A stretch of 64,000 nt of DNA from Octopus sinensis (lineage: Eukaryota): assembly GCF_006345805.1 (NCBI RefSeq), contig NC_043008.1, positions 13,392,001 to 13,456,000 on the forward strand, given 5' to 3'. The translations under genes and the position numbers were made by a program. Shown piece after piece: positions 26,331 through 39,453 of the stretch (positions are counted from its first letter, which is position 1; every line of letters starts with the position of its first letter). The notes beneath the pieces are model-generated. The model ran no database searches, was not told where the DNA came from, and worked only from the letters and a program-made list of their open reading frames with translations.

Positions 26331-26376
<46 letters not shown>

Positions 26377-26594
26377 ATACGTATATTACATGTTGGTCTG
26401 CAAGTGGAATAAGTGACCTCTTGCAGTCATCCGTAATCATAATGCTGTTAATATTCAAAGTCAAGAACTAAAACGAGGGCAGTAAAAGAGGTGGAGTTCC
26501 AGAGTGGGTTGGCATTCTTGGGAGGAATAACAGAAAGTAGTGTTAAGTGCCGGGCCAAGTAATTTAGACTCGCAAAAATGAAGAGTTGTGGAAA

Positions 26595-26726
26595 AACTTT
26601 GCCTTTCATCTTTTCGTGGTTGATAAGTCAAATACCAGTAGCATATTAGAGTCGATCTGATCGATTGCCTCCCCCCCACCCCCCAAGAAAAAAATTCGGG
26701 GCCTTGTGCTTAGAATAGAAAAGAAC
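26595..26726 (+). mobile_element. SINE family B 3' fragment
   Basis: actttgcctttcatc..ggccttgtgcttagaatagaaa. Confidence 0.7.
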
Positions 26727-26972
26727 AGAGCCTGAGATCGCAATATTGAGAAATCAGCTTCTTAAGCACTTCCCAATCCTACATGAATAATTTTCTTTCA
26801 ATATATTGCTTTGTATGAAAAGTTCGTTTGCGTGAAACAGTAGAACACTTGCAGTATCAGTCATCCATTTTTTTTCATTTCCCCAGCGTGTGTGTGCACA
26901 CTAATACATACGTGATTATAACTATCTATCTATCTGTTTGTCTGTGTGTCTATCTCTCTATCACGTCCTCTT

Positions 26973-27003
<31 letters not shown>

Positions 27004-27119
27004 AGTGTGTGCATGTGTGAGTATGTATGTGTATCTACTTATGTATCACTATCTAACTATCCTTCTATATATAACTATATATCTATTTATCTCTCTCTCT
27101 CTCTCTCTACATATATATA

Positions 27120-27161
<42 letters not shown>

Positions 27162-27967
27162 ATGCACACTTATGCTGAATGCATGTATGTATGAGGGTGA
27201 GATATTATTACTGGTAGGTGCGATCTCTACTACACTTCTTAAAGTTTATTTTCTTATAGTTGGCTGTTTTATCGAAAAGGCATCTATTCTACAATTGACA
27301 AAACATCGACTGTAATACTATATTAATTGAAAGAAAATAATTACAATAATCTTATGAGAACCTGTAAATCTACGCTTCTCCATCGATGTAAAATATAGTT
27401 ACAGGGCAGGGATAACTAATTTGATTTAACGTATAACTTAAATTCAACTGCAACTCTTGTTTCTATTTTTTGAGGATCTTGTTACACCTTGTCTATCGAG
27501 CATTTGCTTTCTAAATCAGTTCATAAAATCTATAAATCTTATTTTCACAGCCTATATATTAAACCGGTATTGTATTAATGTGTATCTGTTCAAGAACATA
27601 GGTATGCATCTGTACATGTATGTATTTAAGTATGAATCGCTACTGAATTTGTAACCTTGTTGTAGTTTTGTGTTTCCAGTCATTGATATTCATTTATAAT
27701 GAGAAACATTGATACACTCACACCGATACGTAAAAGAATTAAACACTTTTAGAATACTAAAAGAACATAAAAAAATGAATAAATGCATAGTAACTTAAAT
27801 TAAATTAAATATAAAACCATTTCTATATAGAAGACAATCCGATAGTTGAGTGATTGCAGTTAGCGGAGAATAGATTCGACAGAGACCACCACACGATGGG
27901 AACAAATCTGGTACGCTGAACAACACGTTTTGACATCTCTAATTAACCTAAGATTGTGGTTAAATAA

Positions 27968-28030
<63 letters not shown>

Positions 28031-28435
28031 CTGCTTTCTATCCATTGATGTCATCCTGGCTTTGAAAAACAGGTCTTCGAGAATCGCTTTTCATTCATCA
28101 TCAATTTCAGCAGCAACATTTTTGCCGAGGTGACTTTAATTTCAGACTCAACACATACCTAGCATTAAGAATTGTGGCATTCCAGTATGGACTTAGTGAG
28201 TAATACTGAAGAGCAACGGCTCCAATTGTGAATAACAATCTCTTGCGTATTACCAGAATGAAGAATCATTGTGTCTTACAATTAGCCAAAGACCTAGCAC
28301 AAACTTCTTACAATTGCATCTCCAATTCGGTAATTATGTACTGATTATTTGTACTCCATGGATATTTCTATTCTAAACTTGTTTGCATTTAATATCATGC
28401 GTAGTTATATTATTTTAATATTACTGTAATATTAA

Positions 28436-28627
28436 GGAGGTGAGCTGGCAGAATCATTAGCACGCCATTTGTACGTACTGAGTTCAAATTTCGCAGAGGT
28501 CGACGTTGTCGTTTGTACTTTCGAGGTCCATAAATTCAGTACCAGTTGAACACTGGGGGGTTAATGTAATTGACCAGCATCCTTCCCAAACTTGTTAGAC
28601 TTATGCCACAAATTGAAATCAATATTA
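28436..28627 (+). mobile_element. SINE family B, old diverged copy
   Basis: gagctggcagaatcattagcacgcc..gagttcaaat..gaggtcgac. Confidence 0.75.
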
Positions 28628-29387
28628 GTGAAATATCAGTAATAGATTCCAATTAAAACCACCGGATGAATCTCTGTGGCTTTAAATATAATACATCTGG
28701 AGGCAGAAGTGACAACTTCTAAAGAGGAAACAGAAAATTCTAGAAGCAATGCTCTTGTATGGAATTCAAATAGACATGTACATAAAGAGAAGCAAGTATA
28801 TACATATTGGCTTAATGCAACATTTAAATATATACCTAAAAACACACAGAGGCGGAGACGCACTTGATTACACTGAGGCACGCAAGTATATATACACATG
28901 TATATACGCACAACTCTGAAACCATCATATTTTGGCTTGTTCTGATATAGCAGTTTTCTTAATAGAAAACAGGTAACTCAGTATCATTGCTTTTGGTGAG
29001 ATCATTGTATATTTATATATTTTAGCTTTGATTAGGTTTCACCACTGAAATCTTATTGCCAGCAGCATTGCTCTCATCAGCAATTTGTTTGTTGTGGTGA
29101 AAATATTATCACGTTTGCTGAGAAACCAGACATTTGTATTAAAGTCAGTTACTTGAAGGAGAGATAAATTTGATTATTGCGTTCGTAGTTTTGTTGAGAC
29201 CACAAAAGATTAACACAGAACGCTAAATACATATTAAATGGCTGAATCCGTTTTAACTGCAGACGCCCATGTACGCAATATATTTATATAATATAAAAGA
29301 TATATGTATATATAAATACATACACATTTATACGTAAAACTATGAATGCATACACATACATTATATATACATATATACACACACAAA

Positions 29388-29427
<40 letters not shown>

Positions 29428-29465
29428 TGCATACACACACACAGACACAAACACATATATATGTC

Positions 29466-29758
29466 GAGGCGCAATGGTCAGGGCACCATATTCGCGGTCG
29501 TAGGATCGCAGTTTCGATTCCCAGACCGGGCGTTGTGAGTGTTTATTGAGCGAAAACACCTAGAGCTCCACGATGCTCCGGCATGGGGATGGCGGCGATC
29601 TCTGCTATAGTCTTTCGCCACAGCTTTCACTCACACTTTTATCTGTTGGCCTGCTCGCTTAGCCAGCGTGATGGGGTCATTTGAATGCTAAAACAATGCG
29701 AAGCGCATTGTGACCAGCGATGTGTAGCAGCAACTGATAGCGTGATCGCTCACGGTGA
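29466..29758 (+). mobile_element. SINE family C, 3' variant 2
   Basis: Same head as 24053, different 3' half (gcttagccagc..gcgcattgtgaccagcgatgtg). Confidence 0.85.
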
Positions 29759-29799
29759 TATATATATATATATATATATTTATATATGTATATGTTTAA

Positions 29800-29960
29800 A
29801 AGGTCTGATCAATAAGTATGCAGACTGTTGTCATAGTAGCAAAACTAAAGCACGCAGTCCAAGGCCGCTTGGCACACTAACCGTTCTACCTGCATTACCA
29901 AGGATGAGATGGTTTGCAAGAATCAAGGAGCTGTTCACGACGTTCACAGATTCAAAGTGA
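29800..29960 (+). mobile_element. Probable mariner-type 5' end fragment
   Basis: ggtctgatcaataagtat.. start resembles mariner termini; recognition from memory only, no partner TIR seen. Confidence 0.35.
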
Positions 29961-30780
29961 GGAAGGCATGGACCAGGTGTCGGAGCAGTGTTTAGGCCGT
30001 GGTGGGAGATGAGGGCGGCTACTTTGACTTAACTCTCATCTCCAGGTCGTAACTTATTTGACATGTTTTGAATTGTTAAAATACATTTTTGGATAAGGTA
30101 ATATGTTTGTATGTGTCTCTATGGTTCTTAGTACTTACTTGTGTGTTTAACTTCATTTATGTATGTATAGACACTAGTAAAGATATGCATACTAAATAAA
30201 TCCTTATAACGATATGTAAGAATTTAAATTTGTAAATATACATACACATACATATCCTTCAACGTCAACACATGTTTAAAAGCTGACTGTAAATATGTCA
30301 TTTATAGATTATACGTTTCTTTATTCATTTATCCAATTTATATATTACACTTTAATTAGCTTTCAATTTTGGTGCATGTTTTGTTTATTCCATTAGTTAT
30401 TTAATTAGCTATTTAAGTTAATAGTAAATACATACGTATATTTAGATATTACCACAAGATTATGGAGCCATAATATGGACGCGTATTTTTCGAGAATTTA
30501 TTCATGTCGTTTCGTTATAAGTTTACCTATAAATCCTTGATATGATTAAACTTTTACTTTTAGGAACCAAATTCGATCAGAATATTTCAGTCATTAAAAA
30601 ATCTAAAATAACTTATCTCCGTTTACAGATTCTCACCCTTTCCTTTCCTGTGAAATATTTAATAACGAGAGGAAGGAAAAACAACGAACAAACAATCATC
30701 TTCCGTTACTTATAGCAATCCGTATTGATACATCTTTGAAATATTTCGAATACTAACTGCATTGAATTTAGTCAAGTATA

Positions 30781-31046
30781 TATCACGTGACCGACCAGAC
30801 CATCAAGTGTTGTTACATATCGCTGGTCACAATGCGTTCTCATTGTTTTAGTCTTGGAATGACGCCACCCCGCTGGCTAAGCGAGCAGGCCAACAGAAGA
30901 AAGAGTGGGAGAAAGAGTACAGCAGGGATCGCCACCACCCCCTACCGGAGCCCATTGGAGCTTTCAGGTGTTTTCGCTCAATAAACACTCACAACGCCCG
31001 GTCTGGGAATCGAAACCGCGAGTCGGTTGCCCTAACCATGCGCCTC

Positions 31047-31047
<1 letters not shown>
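30781..31047 (-). mobile_element. SINE family C, variant 2, two microhomology-bounded deletions in the head
   Basis: Reverse complement matches 63187; lacks cccagtgg and cgtaggatcgcggt. Confidence 0.88.
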
Positions 31048-31087
<40 letters not shown>

Positions 31088-31088
31088 T

Positions 31089-31124
<36 letters not shown>

Positions 31125-31330
31125 ACGTCTTTTACAACAAAGTTATCTCCCCATTTACATTAGAGAAAAATTTGTGTTTTCTTGAAGCTTCTCGCTGTTC
31201 ATGTCTCTTTTTTGCGTGTTTCGTCACGCAATAGACATATACGAGCCATCGGTATTACTGCGTCTAAACAATTGCAGCAAAAAATAAATAAAAGTCAGAC
31301 CGTACACCTTCTTCTTGACTCCAATCTCTA

Positions 31331-31705
31331 GGCGCAGAAGTGGCTTTGTGGTAAGTAGCTTGCTTACCAACCACATGGTTCCGTATTTATTCCCACTGCG
31401 TGGCACCTTGGGCTAGTGTCTTCTGCTAAAGCCTCGACCCGACCAAAGCCTTGTGAGTGGATTTGTTAGATGGAAACTGAGAGAAGCCCGTTGTATATAT
31501 GCATGTATGTGTGTGTGTGTATATGTTTGCGTGTCTGTTTGTCCCCCCAACATCACTTGACAACCGATGTTGGTGTGTTTACGTCCTCGTAACGTAGCGA
31601 TTCGGCAAAAGAGACCGATCGAATAAGTCCTGGGAGTCGATTCGCTCGACTAAAGGCGGTGCTCCAGCATGGCCGGAGTCAAATGACTGAAACAATGAAA
31701 CAAGT
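31331..31705 (+). mobile_element. SINE family A
   Basis: Head, core and tail match 8067; moderately diverged. Confidence 0.9.
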
Positions 31706-31721
31706 ACCGGCACTAGTCGCC

Positions 31722-31901
31722 ATGATAGATCGTTAGCCACTACACACATTTTTTTCTCTCCTTGTTTTTTCTGTGTACCTTTCTGTAGAAGAGCGTAGGC
31801 TCGAAACGTAAAAGACTTTTTCTGTTCCTGAGGGTTATACTAATACATGTTTGTTTTGTACACCACCTCTCTTCGTCTTGTGTTTTTTCGTAAACTTCCC
31901 C
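31722..31901 (+). mobile_element. Family D element carrying a variant hammerhead-like motif (31779-31814)
   Basis: CUUU CUGUAGA A GAGC GUAG GCUC GAAAC GUA AAAG; homologous to 11130 and 40409. Confidence 0.78.
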
Positions 31902-32522
31902 ATGTACATGCAGTTATATGTGTTTATTTACTCGTATATATAGTAAATAAACAATGGATTTAGAAAGAAATCGTACGATTCTTCAAATATATACTGGATG
32001 TATATGTATATATGTGTGTGTGTGCGGTGTGTCTACTATTGTGTAATGTATAACGTAACCTCTGACGTTTTCTACAGGGAGATTAGTATAATACGATCGA
32101 TACATTCAACATCACATTTTCACATGCATGGGAAGGTCATATACGTTCCAAAATATTATTTAAATTCTTGGAGAGCAATACATATGAGTAAATATCAACT
32201 TTAATTAAGGATTTTTGGCCGAGATTGTAAGGAATTAATTAACGGTAATTCAAAGTATCTCTATTGCTCATAATGATTATCCAGTCCAGAAGCTGCCAGT
32301 TGGCACAACATCTTCTATATTACCTGACGCCACTATAAATTAGTCAGTTTATATTAATCAAAAGCTTTCCAAACTGGTGAAGTAGAAGTAATTCAACATA
32401 TTTCAAAGAAAATAAATTTGGAAATTACAAGAGTTAAAATATTTGGATCCACTGCATCTATCGTTTGGGTGGTATTCAATGTTTATGTGTTACTTTAGAA
32501 TCGTATAAATGTCTCAAACTTA

Positions 32523-32905
32523 GGCGGCGAGCTGGCAGAATCGTAAGCACGCCGGGCGAAATGCTTAGCGGTATTTCGTCTGCCATTACGTTCTGAGTTC
32601 AATTTCCGCCGAAGTCAACTTTGCCTTTCATCATTTCGGGTTTGATAAATTAAATACCAGTTACGCACTGGCGTCGATATTATCAACTTAATCCGTTTGT
32701 CTGTCCTTGTTCGTCCCTTCTGTGTTTTGACAGTTGTGGGTAGTAAAGAAATAGGTTTTTCGCCTGCCACTACTTTCTGAGTTCAAATTCCGCCGAGGTC
32801 GACTTTGGCTTTCATCCTTTCGGGGGTCGATATAATCGACTTAATCCGTTTGTCCATCCTTGTTTTCCCCCATATGTATAACCCCTTGTTTGCAGTAAAG
32901 AACTT
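32523..32905 (+). mobile_element. SINE family B, dimeric
   Basis: ggcggcgagctggcagaatc head; body repeated after a linker. Confidence 0.9.
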
Positions 32906-33281
32906 GATATTCCAATGATATACTAAGTATACATGAAACACTGAGGTTATATGTTCAATTCTCATTAAAAAAGCCTCGATATCATTTTTTCTAAAGAGTA
33001 TATATATATCTGCAAATCTCCGTTAAGCTGCCTATCGACTGGTTTAATATTTTAAGCTACACAGCATTGTACATTTCTGTCTCCACCATTTAAGAATGAT
33101 ATAAGTATATAAATGCAGAGATAGTTGTTACCGTGGCTAGTCTCAGGGTTTCTCACTCACCAAAAATATACCTTATATGTTGCCTAAGTTAGCTTAGATA
33201 ATACTCAGCCTTACCTGAAATCAAGTAAGTAAATAATCGCAGTGGAAATTTTATTTAGTCATAGATTTACACTTTTAAACC

Positions 33282-33677
33282 TTTACTTGTTTCAGTCATT
33301 TGACTGCGGCCATGCTGGAGCATCGCCTTTAGTCGAGCAAATCGTCCCCAGGACTTATTCTTTGTAAGCCTGGTACTTATTCGATCGGTGTCTTTTGCCG
33401 AACCGCTAAGTTATGATGACATAAACACACCAACATCGGTTGTCAAGCAATGCTAGGGGGACAAACACAGACACACATACATACACACACACATATATAT
33501 ATATACATATATACGACGGGCTTCTTTCAGTTTCCGTCTACGAAATCCACTCACAAGGATTTGGTCGGCCCGAGGCTATAGTAGAAGACACTTGCCCAAG
33601 TTGTCACGCAGTGGGACTGAACCTGGAACCATGTGGATGGTAAGCAAGCCACTTACCACACAGCCTCTCCTACACCT
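33282..33677 (-). mobile_element. SINE family A, full length
   Basis: Reverse complement of the 8067 type. Confidence 0.9.
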
Positions 33678-34776
33678 ATGCTTTAACAGACTAAACAACT
33701 ACAACTTTGAAAACAACGACGATAACAGCTGCATAGAACATGATTTTACAGACCATTTGGACTGTATTTCATACATTTTATCTGCTTAACGTTCTGTAGA
33801 CAACAATATCAGAGCTTCCATTCAGTACAAATAAAAAGGACTGTGTTCGTAGTCACTTTATTATTACAGTACTTTAATGTGGCAAGCCGGAGGGGTAGTC
33901 ATACATCCACAGTTACTGTTCACCCCGCTGGTTGAATTCGAAGTCGAAATTATTGGAGGAAGAATATACACATGGAAGACTATTATGTCGAAGAACATCA
34001 TCTCCTCCAGGCTATGAGGTTTTCGGCTTTCTCTTGATTAACAATATATCAATATTATTATACTATTTAGTCTCCTGAGAGCGAAATATGGACGATAAAA
34101 ATGTTGATGAAATCAGCATATAATACAGATGTAATTTAATCTCTAAGCCTAATCAGATTATAATTTTTCGAATTATTTTCTCTGACAGAAATATGAATGT
34201 CAGTGGCCTAGTGGAGAAGTAATATTGCTGTAGCCTGCTTTGAATCTGACAGATATTATGTACATATGAAGCTAGAAATAAGAGGAAATTGTTGAAATCT
34301 TTGATAAAAGTATTCTATTTTCATTCTGTTAAAGTTATTTCTATGCGAAAAATGAAATTATCGCCTAGAAATCAATGGAATTTCTATTTATCTCTGGTAC
34401 ATTATTAAAACAAATACAATTTTAGAAATAGTCACCAGTGAATCAACAGTAAGCAAGTTTTGATTGGGTATATTGTGAGAATGAGATTTGCGATAAGCAA
34501 ATATTCAATCACTAGAAACGTTTTATAAAAGTACACACTTCTTGTAGGTCACTAATCTTGTTTGCTATGAATTTACATACTGAATTGTCAGAGTGGCAAT
34601 GTTACCTGTTTGTCAGGTGATACATTGATGCATTTAATCATTAAGCTATTTATTTTAAAGGTATTTATTCTATCAATCACGGAGACATGAATACCAAGAC
34701 CGAAATTGCCAAAATTTGATGACAGAACAGAAAACAATATGATATTTTGAGTAATGTCTTTAAAACATTAACCATT

Positions 34777-35110
34777 CCAGTGTTTTACTGGTACTTAATT
34801 TATCTACCCTGGAAGGATGAATGGGAAAGTCGACCTCGGCGGAACTTGAACTCAGAACTTAGTGGCAGACGAAATACCTATTTCTTTACTACCCACAAGG
34901 GGCTAAACACAGAGAGGACAAACAAGGACAGACAAATGGATTAAGTTGATTACATCGACCCCAGTGTTTCACTGGTACTTAATTTATAGACTTCTAAAGG
35001 ATGAAAGGCAAATTCGACCTTGGTGGAATTTGAACTCAGAACGTAGCGGCAGACGTAATACTGCTAAACATTTCGCCCGGCGCGCTAACAATTCTGCCAG
35101 TTCGCTGCCT
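34777..35110 (-). mobile_element. SINE family B, dimeric
   Basis: Reverse complement of the 32523 type. Confidence 0.9.
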
Positions 35111-37379
35111 TATTGAAATAGAATAAGGAACATCCAATGACTAATTGCTATACAGGAGACCAAATTACTATTACGTATCGTATCAGGACAATTACTCCAA
35201 TAGGACACAAATTCTCCTTGACAACAACTACCCCCTAGGACAAATACCCCACTTGATCAATTACCTACTCTCCAATATATTAAGTTTTAAGTCATCTTTT
35301 GTCCTTGGGAGTGGTTATTGTGACTTTTCAGTGGAAATACGATTTATTATATACGTGTTGCTTATATTCGAAATATAGGACAAATTAATTTCTCAATAAT
35401 GATAATCACTTCTTCTAATTTTGATATATCGTTATATCGTTATTAGAACAGCGTGAAAGTAATAATTGTATTTTCTTTGTTAATTATTAATCGCCAATAT
35501 CTTTTTCTTTTTTCAGTGCTGGCATCTATAGTCGCGATCTGAGCCCTAGAAAGCTTGTACATTTATTTTATGTTTTCTACAACATCGAAAGTAACTCTGA
35601 GCAGGCTAAGTGCGGTACAAGCATATCTTCAAACTCTAAACAGGTTCACACACACACACGCACACATATTTCAATTTAAATTTGAAAATGATTCCTAAGC
35701 TCCTGTCATTGAATAATTTATTTTTGTTCTCGATCTCTAGATTCTATCTATTTCCATGCGTGTACAAATATAGATTTTTCTTCCTTTTCTTTTAAAACGA
35801 ACCCAAGAAAAACTATTATAAAAATGGGCGAAATATATATGTTGTTAGAGCGTTTTATAACAGGCGTCATGGCTCTTGTTGCAACTCTAAATTCCTGATG
35901 TCAGATTGACCTTAGATCATATATTGTTTCACCCACTTCGACGTCAATAAATAAACCACCTGACCAGCCCTGCGGTGGTATTATATCACTAATTTTGTTT
36001 GTTTTTTGTTTGTAAGAAATCGGATCCCTTGAGATCTAAATATGGACGTGCTTCGTCACATTTAAACCACTGAGATACATTGAATTCTACTACGGGACGC
36101 TAAAAGTGAATCAGGACTTGAGGATTTTAAGCAAGTAAAGGCAAGTAACGTCTAGGTAAACTTTCTATCATTCTGTCAATGGTGTTCAATGAAATAATTA
36201 TCCGATCAATTTATGTGGTTTGAAATTAATATTTGTGTTAATAAGTATATTCTAGATTATAGTCATTTTTTATTTTCGCTTTGCCACATGTGTTTACTAA
36301 TGTATGTTTATACAACTTCATTCTGTTCGAACTTCACAATACTTCCATAATTTGAGTTTATGATAGCCCTACGTCTATGTGTATTCTTCGGTACGAATGG
36401 GCAGAAAAAATCTAATGGCTTCCACGTGATTTTTATTCTGCAGTTGCTCACAATATTCTGCTTCTTTACATGATGTGGGTATTCTCATGCCTGAGTTTTC
36501 TTCAATTTTGTTTTAATTTTTTTGTTGCATTTTTCTTTTCCACCTGGCCACAATCAGACTAATTCAATTTTAGTTTTGACAGCTATTCTACCCATTCAAC
36601 GCAGTGGTGTGTCATTATCTGTTTCTCTTGTATTTAATCTTTTCAGTTTTTACTAAACTAGTTTTCTTGCTATCGTTTTAAAGCAATGTTCTGTAACCCA
36701 GTTTTACTTAGATTTTATTGCTATGCTAACATCTAACATTGTTTCTCCATTATAACCACAAGTGTCTGATATTTTAACATATGTTTTACGATTGTTATCT
36801 TGTGTGAAGACGGAACATCTTTTTACTTTTGTTAGGTGTCTAATTGCATTACACTTTTTTATTTTTCGTTAAATTATTTAATTAGTAGTCTTTCAGCAGA
36901 AATTTTACAGTTGAGCGTTTCTTTTACCTTCACATATTTCTAGTAAAAATAATCTTTCTGTGTCGTATTCTAGGTACTGGATACCAAATACATACATCAA
37001 TTTTCTTAGGCCTGCTTTCTTATTCTTTTAGCATCAAATATAAAATTTTATATCGACATCTCATTCGAACTGCTATAGAATCGTTACCTTCTATCTTATT
37101 GCATACATAATACATTTATTTCTTAATTACGATGGTCTATAATATTCCCACGGATATACACTCTGAGTGTTAAATTTTCGTTGTTTTTGTTATTATCAAA
37201 TTATTGTTATTGTTGTTATTCTTCTTCTTATTATTATTATATATGCTGCGGAACACACCAGACGTGTTTTCGAAATTCCCAAGTAAGACAAGTTTAAAAT
37301 ATGCTTACTATTAAGTTGATGACGCGTTTTTTCTACGCTGAGAAAGTAACGTTGTTTGTCTTTGAAATTGAACATTTGA

Positions 37380-38400
37380 AGTATGACCACAGGTGAGGCC
37401 AGGGTAGTGGCCCTGCCAGGCTCTTGAATGTAAAAATACTGCCTGCGGTCGATTGGGTCGGGCCAAAAGTAATTTTGACCCTATGGGTCCAATCGGCCAA
37501 AAATTTGGTTTTACCAGATTTCTTGACAATGGCCGGTTCCAGACATCCGGTGATTATTGAGGGATGCTCCACACCAAGTGTCACCTGTGCCTTGAATCAG
37601 GGCACATAAAGAAAAACTGTTGCGGGGACCACGCGAAGGTCCTGGAACAGTTAATTGATGACGACTGTGATCCACCTGTTCCCCCAATGGAGCCTCCTGC
37701 TCCTTCATTTGAGGGAGAGAGACCCTGAGGTGGTGGGAGGGGAGGAAGGACCTCCAGACATGTCTGAGGAACTGCACCCTCCCGCCGCAAAGGGGAAAAA
37801 GAAGAAAATGAAAAACGAGGCATTACCGGTGACGGCATGTCCCGAAACCACTTCGGTGGGATGCGTGCCACCTGAGGGGGAGAAGAAGGAAATCTTGTCG
37901 GTGATGATGTGTGCCACCGAGCGAGGTAGTTGAGGTCTCTCTCAATGAAAGTTATGAGGAATTTGTATTCTTCTATCGCAGGGGAGGGGCGATTTAGAAG
38001 TATGTGGAGATTAAGCATGATAGTCGGGTTCTTAAGCATGACAGTCCAGAGTGGCCATCGCAGGTGGCTGCACTGGTACTGGAAAGAAAAGATTTTTCCC
38101 ACAGGTCAAGATCCTTCCCAAAGGAGGACTACAGATTACATTTTTTTGGTCTCGATTGGTGGTTGCAAGAATACCTGCAGGCCGCAAAAGAGTTAATTGA
38201 GGGAGTAATGTAAGATATTTATCACCTCCATATGTATGTGTATAAATTTTGTTTTCTTAGTGGTGGACTTCTAGTGCAACTTGCTGTATATATTTGTAAG
38301 AGGTTTAATAACCTCTATATTTGTTGTTTTTAACGAATAATGTTTCAGCGAAGCAGAGGGTCGGCAGGCATTTTCTGTCTTCTCCCATCTTTATCATCTT
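37380..38400 (+). mobile_element. Decayed Tx1/L1-like ORF1 (gag-like zinc knuckle) with UTR-like tail
   Basis: 37579-37620 encodes CHLCLESGHIKKNC (CX2CX4HX4C), preceded after a frameshift by LPDFLTMAGSRHPVIIEG and followed by Pro/Glu-rich low complexity; GC-rich; several stops and frameshifts. Confidence 0.7.
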
Positions 38401-38491
38401 ATATTATTATCATTCAACTCATTATTGTTTTGTCCAGTCCGCAAAGCTACATATCTGTGTACTGCCTTTATGGCAAATAATATAAAATAAT

Positions 38492-38640
38492 GTAGCTTCA
38501 TTACCAACCACATGGTTCCGGGTTCATTCCCACTGCGTGGCAACGTGGGAAAGTGTCTTCTACTATAGCTTCGGGCCGACCGAAGCCTTGTGAGTAGATT
38601 TGGTAGACGGAAACTGAGAGAAGTCCGTCGTATATATGTA

Positions 38641-38728
<88 letters not shown>

Positions 38729-38755
38729 TATATATATATAGTATATATTATATAT

Positions 38756-38800
<45 letters not shown>

Positions 38801-39088
38801 ATATTATATATTATATTATATATATATATTATATATATATATAATATATATATATACGTGTGTTTATATGTTTGTGTGTCTATGTTTGTCCCCCCTCCAA
38901 CATCGCTTGACAACCGATGCTGGTGTGTTTACGTCCCCGTAACTTAGCGGTTCGGCAAAAGCGACCGATAGAACAAGTACTAAGCTTACAAAGAGTAAGT
39001 CCTGGGGTCGATTTGCTCGACTAAAGACGGTGCTCCAGCATGGCCACAGTTAAATGACTGAAACAAGTAAAAGAGTTAAAAGAGTTAT
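38492..39088 (+). mobile_element. SINE family A with internal (TA)n expanded to about 230 bp
   Basis: 5'-truncated head, core, long (TA)n at about 38630-38857 and intact tail. Confidence 0.9.
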
Positions 39089-39268
39089 GAAGATACCTAT
39101 TAGCAATGTTTACAACGAAGTAATTTAATAGATATTTTTACACCTGTGGTACATCGCATACCGCACTGGACAATATATACATATGCATACATACATACAT
39201 ACATACATACATCTATGTGTATGAATGTATGTGTATGCATATATACATATATATATATACATACACAT

Positions 39269-39319
<51 letters not shown>

Positions 39320-39411
39320 GATATATATACACACACATACAAACACAGCCAAGTTGATTATAGTTAGATAGACATATGTAAATATATATATATATGCACA
39401 CAAATTTATAT

Positions 39412-39453
39412 ACTTTTTACTCTTTTACTTTTTTCAGTCATTCGACTGCAGCC
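39412..39453 (-). mobile_element. SINE family A tail fragment
   Basis: ctcttttacttttttcagtcattcgactgcagcca. Confidence 0.6.

Noticed and set aside
33868-34020. GC-elevated patch with short ORFs on both strands
   Set aside because: The frames are under 55 aa, unrecognised and lack consistent splice sites.
35517-35543. Strong plus-strand acceptor followed by (V)LASIVAI*
   Set aside because: It could be a last exon, but no upstream exons could be tied to it.
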